DNA of 12,191 bases from Candidatus Sumerlaeia bacterium (GTDB lineage: Bacteria > Sumerlaeota > Sumerlaeia > SLMS01), in NCBI GenBank assembly GCA_038208905.1, contig JBBQYG010000125.1, forward strand, positions 1 through 12,191, read 5' to 3'. Of the stretch, positions 6,334 through 12,191 are shown piece after piece. How positions within the stretch are numbered: the stretch's first letter is position 1; every line of letters starts with the position of its first letter. Under the pieces are notes generated by a model. The model did not search any database. It saw only the letters and a list, made by a program, of their open reading frames with translations, and was not told the origin of the DNA. A program made the position numbers and the translations under genes.

Positions 6334-6873
6334 ATGAAGGAATGGAAAGAATTCGAGAACAACGAAATCACCCATAGCATGGCGCATTACCTGATGGCGA
6401 TCCACGAACTCCATCGCAAGCAGGGCTATGCCCGAGTCACCGATGTGGCCCGTGAACTCGACATCACGCCCGGTAGTGCCTCCGTCAGCATCAAGGCCCT
6501 CAAGGTCCGCGGCTGGGTGGAGGAGGACCACAACCGGTTTCTCAAGCTCGGCACCGAAGGCGAGCGCCTTGCTCACGAGATACAGGTTAACAATCGCCTC
6601 TTCGTGCAGTTTCTCAGCGAGGTCCTTGGCCTCACCGAGACCCAGGCTCACATCGACGCCTGCAAAGTCGAGCACCTCGTCAGCACGGAAACGCGCAACA
6701 AGATGATGGCCTTCATGCACTTCATCCACGAGGACCGCAAGCCCGTGAAGGAGTTCATCAAGGCCTGGAAGGAACACCAGTTCCACTGCCCCGGCCCCAC
6801 GGACTGCCAGCTCTGCGACGAAGGCGAGAAGTGCGTGATCGGCGAAGGCCACGCGCACGCGCACAAGGGCTAA
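6334..6873 (+). CDS. DtxR/MntR-family metal-dependent transcriptional regulator with C-terminal Cys/His-rich tail
   Basis: SMAHYLMAIHEL...ARVTDVARELDITPGSASVSIKAL (winged HTH), FL..VLGL and AHIDACKVEHLVS (DtxR dimerisation/metal helix). Tail HCPGPTDCQLCDEGEKCVIGEGHAHAHKG. ATG at 6334 preferred over the TTG at 6274. Confidence 0.9.
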   Translation: MKEWKEFENNEITHSMAHYLMAIHELHRKQGYARVTDVARELDITPGSASVSIKALKVRGWVEEDHNRFLKLGTEGERLAHEIQVNNRLFVQFLSEVLGLTETQAHIDACKVEHLVSTETRNKMMAFMHFIHEDRKPVKEFIKAWKEHQFHCPGPTDCQLCDEGEKCVIGEGHAHAHKG

Positions 6874-6910
6874 GTGCGGGGTTGTTGAAGGGACACAAGT
6901 GACTGCATTG

Positions 6911-6952
6911 ACAGCAAGGACGGCTGCCAGTCGCCGTTCCTACTTCTGCTGT
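6911..6952. terminator. Imperfect hairpin between the convergent regulator and bioB genes
   Basis: acagca (6911-6916) can pair with tgctgt (6947-6952), enclosing aggacggc/gccgttcct. No clean U-tract on either strand. Confidence 0.35.
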
Positions 6953-6980
6953 TGCCTGCCTCTCCTTACCGCTCCCTGCT
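6941..6980 (-). repeat. Second copy of the 10-bp-period GCAGG-type repeat (4 units)
   Basis: Minus strand reads agcagggagc / ggtaaggaga / ggcaggcaac / agcagaagta. ggcaggcaacagcagaag matches ggcagggaacagcaggaa (3483-3500) at 15 of 18 positions. Confidence 0.55.
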
Positions 6981-7908
6981 ATTCAGGGCTCATCCCCAGC
7001 GCGGCGAGCATGGCGCGGTCGCCTTGGCCGGGGTTCGGCGTGGTCAGCAATTTCTCACCCGTGAAGATCGAGTTGGCTCCCGCGAAGAAGCACATCGCCT
7101 GAAGTTCGCGCGACATTGCCATGCGCCCGGCGCTTAGGCGGACGCGGCTGCGCGGCATCAGGATGCGCGCGGTGGCGATGCAGCGGACCATTTCGATGGG
7201 ATCGACGGGCTCGGCGTTTTCCAGGGGCGTGCCCTCGACGGGCACAAGCGCGTTGATGGGAACGCTCTCGGGGGGCGGGTCCAGCGATACCAGCGCGTGG
7301 AGGAGTCCGATGCGATCCTCCTGCGCCTCGCCCATGCCGACGATGCCGCCGCTGCAAACTGTGATTCCCGCCGCGCGGACGTGGCCGATGGTGTCGAGGC
7401 GGTCCTCGAAGCGGCGCGTCGTGATGATCTTTTCGTAGTACTCCGGCGAGGTGTCGAGGTTGTGGTTGTAGGCCGTCAGCCCCGCTTCGGCCAGGCGACG
7501 GGCCTGATCGGCGTTCAGCAGCCCCAGCGTCACGCAGGCCTCCATGTCGAGCGCGCGGATCTCCCGCACCATGTCGAGCACGCGGGAAAACTCCGCCTCG
7601 TTGCGCGGCCCGCGCCAGGCGGCGCCCATGCAGAACCGCGTGGCGCCGCTTTCGCGCGCGCGTTCCGCGGCCTCGCGGACTTCCGCCACGGTCTCCAGAC
7701 CATACTCCTCGATCCCCGTATCCCAATGGGCGCTCTGGGGGCAGTACTTGCAGTCCTCGGAGCACTTTCCCGACTTGATGTTCTCAAGCTGGCAGAACTG
7801 GACCTTGCGCGGGTCGTGGTGCTCGCGGTGGACGGTTGCCGCGCGATAGAGCAGCTCGGGGAATGGCAGGTTGTAGATTGAGGCAACGGATTCGCGGGTG
7901 TGGGGCAT
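6979..7908 (-). CDS. bioB: Biotin synthase (radical SAM)
   Basis: [13 protein letters not shown] (CxxxCxxC), [49 protein letters not shown] and [14 protein letters not shown]. The [2Fe-2S] Cys/Cys/Cys/Arg ligands are present. Start placed at ATG 7908 (MPHTRESV). Confidence 0.97.
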   Translation of the reverse strand: MPHTRESVASIYNLPFPELLYRAATVHREHHDPRKVQFCQLENIKSGKCSEDCKYCPQSAHWDTGIEEYGLETVAEVREAAERARESGATRFCMGAAWRGPRNEAEFSRVLDMVREIRALDMEACVTLGLLNADQARRLAEAGLTAYNHNLDTSPEYYEKIITTRRFEDRLDTIGHVRAAGITVCSGGIVGMGEAQEDRIGLLHALVSLDPPPESVPINALVPVEGTPLENAEPVDPIEMVRCIATARILMPRSRVRLSAGRMAMSRELQAMCFFAGANSIFTGEKLLTTPNPGQGDRAMLAALGMSPE

Positions 7909-7991
7909 CGGGGAGGAAACCGGGGATTCGGGTTGGTCAAGCACTCGGAACGATGCAGGGCTATTCCCCGGGGCGGAAGGGGAATCGGACC

Positions 7992-8106
7992 CCCCAGACA
8001 AACGGCAAGCTGGCGGGAACTCGCAATGCTCAACAAAGGGGGGGTGATCCCCTTGGGTGAACGCGGATTCTGCTCTGGCGAAGGCGCCGTTTGCTTGGGG
8101 ATTTTT
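7992..8106 (+). ncRNA. Candidate structured RNA or palindromic element: ~110-nt rod-like imperfect hairpin followed by a U-tract
   Basis: Nested pairings 7992-8006/8086-8100, 8012-8018/8068-8074, 8021-8024/8063-8066, 8028-8033/8053-8058 and an apical GGGG/CCCC, then ATTTTT. Several G-U pairs work only on the plus strand. Family not recognised. Confidence 0.35.
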
Positions 8107-8183
8107 AGGAGTTCCTGCCCAGTTCCCACCCTTTCTCCCGTTCCCTTTGACTTGGCCCATCCCCCGGATGGACAGTCCCGGCG

Positions 8184-8221
8184 CCCGGGGGGAGACTCCC
8201 CGGGAAATCGCCTGCTCGGAG
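8184..8221 (+). promoter_or_regulatory. lepA leader hairpin and Shine-Dalgarno
   Basis: GC-rich hairpin cccggggggagactccccggg (8184-8204), then GGAG at 8218-8221, 10 nt before the TTG start. TTGACT at 8147-8152 is a possible -35. Confidence 0.45.
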
Positions 8222-8231
8222 TCACTCGTCC

Positions 8232-10034
8232 TTGTCCGATTCCCGGATCCGCAACTTCTGCATTATCGCCCACATCGATCACGGCAAGTCCACGCTGGCC
8301 GACCGCCTTCTGGAGTTCACCGGCAGCCTGACGAAGCGCGAGATGCGCGCTCAGGTGCTCGACTCCATGGATCTGGAGCGCGAGCGCGGCATCACGATCA
8401 AGGCCCAGGCCGTGCGACTGTTTCACGAGGGCGAGGACGGCGAGGTCTATCAGCTCAACCTGATCGATACGCCGGGACACGTGGACTTTACCTACGAGGT
8501 TTCGCGCTCGCTGCAGGCATGCGAGGGCGCGCTTCTGGTGGTTGACGCCACCCAGGGCGTCGAGGCCCAGACCATCGCCAACGTTTATCTCGCGATGGAG
8601 CACGATCTGGAGCTGGTCCCCGTCATCAACAAGATCGACCTTCCCGCCGCGGACATCGAGGAGGCCCGCCGCCAGATCACCGAGACCATCGGCCTGGACG
8701 GCGACAAGGGCATCCCCGTCTCCGCGAAGAGCGGCATCAATATCGACATCCTGCTGAACGAGCTGATCCGCCGCATTCCCCCGCCGAAGATCGACCGCGC
8801 GGCGCCCCTGCGCGCGCTGATCTTCGACGCGAAGTACGACAACTTCCGCGGCGTGATCTGCTATGTCCGCGTCGTGGAAGGCACGATGAAGAAGGGCGAG
8901 AAGATCCGCTTCATGCGCGGCGGCTCCGACTACGAGGTTCTGGAGGCCGGCGTGATGACCCCCGCCATGGTCCCCGTGGACAAGCTGGACTGCGGAGAGG
9001 TGGGCTACCTGATCTCTGGAATTCGCACGCTGGCGGAGGTCCACGTCGGCGATACGGTGACCAGCGCGCGTAAGCCCGCCGCGACGGCGCTCCCCGGATA
9101 CAAGGAAATCCAGCCGGTGGTCTTCGCCGGCCTGTTCCCGGTGAACGCGGACGACTTCGATTCGCTGAAGGATGCGGTGGAGAAGCTTCGCCTGAACGAT
9201 GCGGCGTTCTTCGTGGAACCGGAAAGCTCCGACGCCCTCGGGTTCGGTTTCCGCTGCGGATTCCTCGGCCTGCTCCACATGGAAATCATCCAGGAGCGCC
9301 TCGAGCGGGAGTATAACCAGAACCTCCTATTCACGGCTCCCTCAGTGGTTTATAAGGTCCACCTGACGGACGGTAGCGAGTTGATGGTGGACAATCCGTC
9401 AAAGCTTCCGCCTCCCCAGAACATCGACTCCATCGAGGAGCCGTGGGTCGACGCGCGGCTCTTCTTTCCCAAGGACTACCTGGGCAATGTGCTGGGGCTC
9501 TGCCAGGGGAAAAAGGGAATCCAGCGGGAAATGTCCTTCATCAGCACGGAGCGCGTGATGCTGCACTACGAGATGCCGCTCTCCGAGATCGTCAGCGATT
9601 TCCACGACAAACTGAAGTCCGTGACGTCAGGGTACGCCAGCTTCGACTACGAGGTCTCTGGCTATCGCGCCGGAAACTTGGTGAAGATGGACGTGATGGT
9701 GAACGGCGAGCCGGTGGACGCGCTCTCCATCATCGTGCACCGCGCCGACTCGGAGCACAAGGGCCGCCTCCTGTGCAAGAAGCTGAAGGAGATCGTGCCG
9801 CGCCAGATGTTCTCCGTGCCGATCCAGGCCGCCATCGGCGCCAAGATCATTGCGCGAGAGACGGTGTCCGCCTCACGCAAGGATGTGACGGCCAAGTGCT
9901 ACGGAGGCGATATCTCGCGCAAGCGCAAGCTGCTGGACAAGCAGAAGGAAGGCAAGAAGCGCATGAAGACCTTTGGCCGCGTGGAGATCCCGCAGGAAGC
10001 CTTCATGGCGGTGCTGAGGCTCTCGGACGACTGA
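8232..10034 (+). CDS. lepA: Translation elongation factor 4 (LepA)
   Basis: [69 protein letters not shown] and [20 protein letters not shown]. 600 aa, TTG start. Confidence 0.98.
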   Translation: MSDSRIRNFCIIAHIDHGKSTLADRLLEFTGSLTKREMRAQVLDSMDLERERGITIKAQAVRLFHEGEDGEVYQLNLIDTPGHVDFTYEVSRSLQACEGALLVVDATQGVEAQTIANVYLAMEHDLELVPVINKIDLPAADIEEARRQITETIGLDGDKGIPVSAKSGINIDILLNELIRRIPPPKIDRAAPLRALIFDAKYDNFRGVICYVRVVEGTMKKGEKIRFMRGGSDYEVLEAGVMTPAMVPVDKLDCGEVGYLISGIRTLAEVHVGDTVTSARKPAATALPGYKEIQPVVFAGLFPVNADDFDSLKDAVEKLRLNDAAFFVEPESSDALGFGFRCGFLGLLHMEIIQERLEREYNQNLLFTAPSVVYKVHLTDGSELMVDNPSKLPPPQNIDSIEEPWVDARLFFPKDYLGNVLGLCQGKKGIQREMSFISTERVMLHYEMPLSEIVSDFHDKLKSVTSGYASFDYEVSGYRAGNLVKMDVMVNGEPVDALSIIVHRADSEHKGRLLCKKLKEIVPRQMFSVPIQAAIGAKIIARETVSASRKDVTAKCYGGDISRKRKLLDKQKEGKKRMKTFGRVEIPQEAFMAVLRLSDD

Positions 10035-10085
10035 TCCGCGGATCCCGGTCTCTCCCCCGCCTTTCGCGCAGCGGCAGTCATTGAA

Positions 10086-10118
10086 AATCCCCCCGCACCA
10101 GATCGGTGCGGGGGGATT
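10086..10118 (-). terminator. Intrinsic terminator between convergent lepA and the secreted-protein gene (possibly bidirectional)
   Basis: Perfect 14-bp stem AATCCCCCCGCACC/GGTGCGGGGGGATT with a 5-nt loop. AAAA at 10084-10087 gives a U-run on the minus strand. Confidence 0.8.
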
Positions 10119-10145
10119 CGCGTTCAGGCGATGTGGTGGACTGGC

Positions 10146-11936
10146 TTACTCGTAGAGCGACCAGTTGGTGGCGTCGAGCTGGGGAGCGGCGTCGAGATAG
10201 TTAAGAGCGTCGGTGAGGAGGCCGGTGCGCTTGGCGCGTGCGGCGATGAGCCCTGCCCCGCCCGTCTGGGTCGCGGCATCGCGAACCGTCTCGAAGGGGA
10301 AGCCGAGATACACGACGTTGTTGCCGCTCAGCAGCGCAGCGCTGCCGGTTGTGACGCTGGTGTAGGTGAGTGCGGCGGTGGACCCGCTGGCGGTAAGCAC
10401 TTCGCTATCGGCGATGGAACCAGCCGCCACGTTGAAGACGTCGGTGCCGGTCGCAAAAGCCCCAACCGTGGGGAAGCTGCTCAGGTCGGCATCGATCGTC
10501 GATACGGCGGCGTTGTCGCTGCCCAGAACGCCAGCCTTGAGGACGTTGGCATAGAAGGCTTGATCGGCTACGTCGCCATTGGTTGTAAGGTCTTCGCCAA
10601 TTGCCGAGCCGGTGACAAGGATGCTGCCGCCGCCACCGAGGAAGGCGGAGATCGCCGTCTGGCTTGCGGCGGTGATCGTCTGGTCGGCGACGAGTTCGCC
10701 GTCGCGTCCGGTTGACCAGAAGACAACGCCCGCGGGATCGAGTGTCACATTGCCGCTATCGATCGCGGAGGAGCGAGCGGACGTGAAGTGACGCGGAAGC
10801 ACGGCCAGCGACTGGGCCCAATAGACGATGCCATGGAAATAGCCATTGGTGAAGAAGTCGCCGTCGGTGGGTGTGTAGCGGTTGTAGTCGAGCACCACGA
10901 GATTGGTGGGCACGGCGCCGTCGGTGGCAAGGTTGGCTCCCAGGGCGATATCCGAGGCGGACTCGTTCTGGACCGGCGTTGCGGTGTCGAAGGCGGTGAC
11001 GCGCACATAGACGTTGGTATCGGGCGTCAGGCCGGTGAGAGTGGTCTCGGTTGCCGACGGACTGTTGACGGTGGCCGTCGGAGTTCCCGGGAACGACAGG
11101 CGGTTCTGAATGGGCGCGGTGAAGTCGCCATCGGCCGCGACATAGACGCGATACCCAGCGGTGTCCACATCGGCGACCGTCTCCCACTTGACGATCAATT
11201 CGCCGGGGTTTGTGCCCTGCTTCACGGAGACGATATTGGGAGTCGCGGGCGGCGTCAGGTCGGCCTGCGGAGTGTCCACGCGAATATTGTCAATCCCGAG
11301 GAGAAGCGGCGAAGCCGTGGGCTGCGTCTCTGTGTAAACGAGGAGGCTCTTGATGCGCGAGCTGCCTCCGTCCAGCGTGCCGTTGCCCGTAACCCACCCT
11401 GTCGTGGTATCCACACCCATCGCCCAGGCATAGGCGGTCGACGTATTGGGAGGAAGATCGACAAAGGGGCCGCGCTCAAGCGCACCGGTTCCGCCGTTGT
11501 CTTGCACGATGAAGGCAACTTTATAGGTGTCGGTCGTGGAAGGATTGAAGATGTCGGCCTCGATGATCGATCCCCCCGTGTTGGGGATCAGTGAATTCGG
11601 GAAGTTTGCGGGAGTGCCGATATTGTTACGTATCGACCAAAACGTGAGCGGCCCGCCGGAAACGTGCGGGTTGGAGAGGGCGGCGGTCGGGGTGAGAATG
11701 TTCCAGTTAATGCTGAACTGACCAGCGAGAAGGCCCTCAGTCACATTGGTGGAGACGTAAGTGGGAATGGGGCCATTGGTGGCATTGTGGGTCTGGGCTG
11801 AGGGAGATACCTGCGCCCATGCGGCGGGGTCCAAGTTATTCTCAAAGCCTTCGATCAGGAACTCGACGGCGAAGGCGCTGCCCGAAACCATCATGGCCGC
11901 GGCCAGAAGGGCCGCCTTGCGAATTTGCTTTTTCAT
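10146..11936 (-). CDS. Secreted multidomain protein: signal peptide, beta-sandwich (CBM-like) domain, fibronectin type III domain, alpha/beta domain, short C-terminal WxLYE tail
   Basis: GGAGA RBS before ATG 11936. Sec-type signal MKKQIRKAALLAAAMMVSGSAFA|VE. FLIEGFEN...LLGIDNIRV bracket a jelly-roll-like domain. DLTPPATP...LIVKWE...GYRVYV...LTGLTPDTNVYVRVTAFD...NES is FN3. VVFWSTG...AFLGGGGSILVTG...VVYLGFPFETV forms an alpha/beta domain. Ends LDATNWSLYE*. Confidence 0.85.
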   Translation of the reverse strand: MKKQIRKAALLAAAMMVSGSAFAVEFLIEGFENNLDPAAWAQVSPSAQTHNATNGPIPTYVSTNVTEGLLAGQFSINWNILTPTAALSNPHVSGGPLTFWSIRNNIGTPANFPNSLIPNTGGSIIEADIFNPSTTDTYKVAFIVQDNGGTGALERGPFVDLPPNTSTAYAWAMGVDTTTGWVTGNGTLDGGSSRIKSLLVYTETQPTASPLLLGIDNIRVDTPQADLTPPATPNIVSVKQGTNPGELIVKWETVADVDTAGYRVYVAADGDFTAPIQNRLSFPGTPTATVNSPSATETTLTGLTPDTNVYVRVTAFDTATPVQNESASDIALGANLATDGAVPTNLVVLDYNRYTPTDGDFFTNGYFHGIVYWAQSLAVLPRHFTSARSSAIDSGNVTLDPAGVVFWSTGRDGELVADQTITAASQTAISAFLGGGGSILVTGSAIGEDLTTNGDVADQAFYANVLKAGVLGSDNAAVSTIDADLSSFPTVGAFATGTDVFNVAAGSIADSEVLTASGSTAALTYTSVTTGSAALLSGNNVVYLGFPFETVRDAATQTGGAGLIAARAKRTGLLTDALNYLDAAPQLDATNWSLYE

Positions 11937-12039
11937 GCGAAGGGATTCTCCGTTTGGGGGGTGTCGGTCTGTAAGACTTGGGTGGGGGGTCCGAAAATCC
12001 CAGACTTTCGGAACTTGGCCCACTCAACTTCCGGGACGT

Positions 12040-12067
12040 ATAATACACACACGGGAGGGAGTCTCAA
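12040..12067 (-). promoter_or_regulatory. Sigma70-type promoter for the secreted-protein gene
   Basis: Minus strand TTGAGA (12067-12062), 16-nt spacer, TATTAT (12045-12040), with an A-rich UP-like stretch upstream. Predicts a ~95-nt 5' UTR. Confidence 0.55.
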
Positions 12068-12102
12068 GCCCTTTATTTGCAGCGGAATGAGAATTTTTCC
12101 AC

Positions 12103-12128
12103 CGGGCGAAGGAACTCCCCTTCACCCG
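12103..12128 (-). other. 10-bp stem-loop upstream of the promoter (possible 3' end structure of an upstream transcript)
   Basis: Minus strand cgggtgaagg-ggagtt-ccttcgcccg pairs fully with one G-U; on the plus strand this is a C-A mismatch. No U-tract. Confidence 0.35.
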
Positions 12129-12191
12129 CCCGCTGTCGCGCCGAGGCGAGCCGTGCGGCGCTTTCCTCTTGACGGGCGAGGCCCGCGCCGT

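Noticed and set aside
7992..8106. Hairpin as SRP RNA (ffs) or a tRNA
   Set aside because: Lacks the SRP domain IV CAGG-GNRA-AGCA signature on both strands and has no cloverleaf or T-loop. Retained only as an unassigned candidate.
7909..8160. Upstream in-frame extension of the bioB ORF (393 aa)
   Set aside because: Low-complexity and not BioB-like, and it overlaps structured intergenic DNA. Family similarity starts near ATG 7908.
7530..9278. 582-aa minus-strand ORF
   Set aside because: Antisense to lepA and out of frame over bioB; a shadow ORF.

Overview
GC-rich bacterial chromosomal window made up mostly of housekeeping and envelope genes. In order: the 3' end of a soluble inorganic pyrophosphatase (ppa); a small 2-TM protein; a lower-GC multi-pass membrane protein, possibly followed by a decayed paralog; a minus-strand pair of a DPM1/Ppm1-like polyprenol-phosphate glycosyltransferase and rsmG; a divergent, translationally coupled DprE2-like SDR and DprE1-like flavoprotein; an atypical DtxR/MntR-family regulator with a 4-Cys/His tail; stand-alone bioB; lepA; and a secreted multidomain FN3 protein ending in a short NWSLYE tail. 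That tail tentatively suggests Sumerlaeota/BRC1 or relatives (from recall, unverified). The intergenic spaces hold most of the unexplained structure: a dispersed 10-bp-period GCAGG repeat, a 9-mer-based inverted-repeat element, a possible Phd/YefM antitoxin relic, and a ~110-nt strand-asymmetric hairpin (candidate ncRNA) between bioB and lepA. No CRISPR array, rRNA, tRNA or intact transposase was seen. All calls come from motif recognition by eye; no searches were run.
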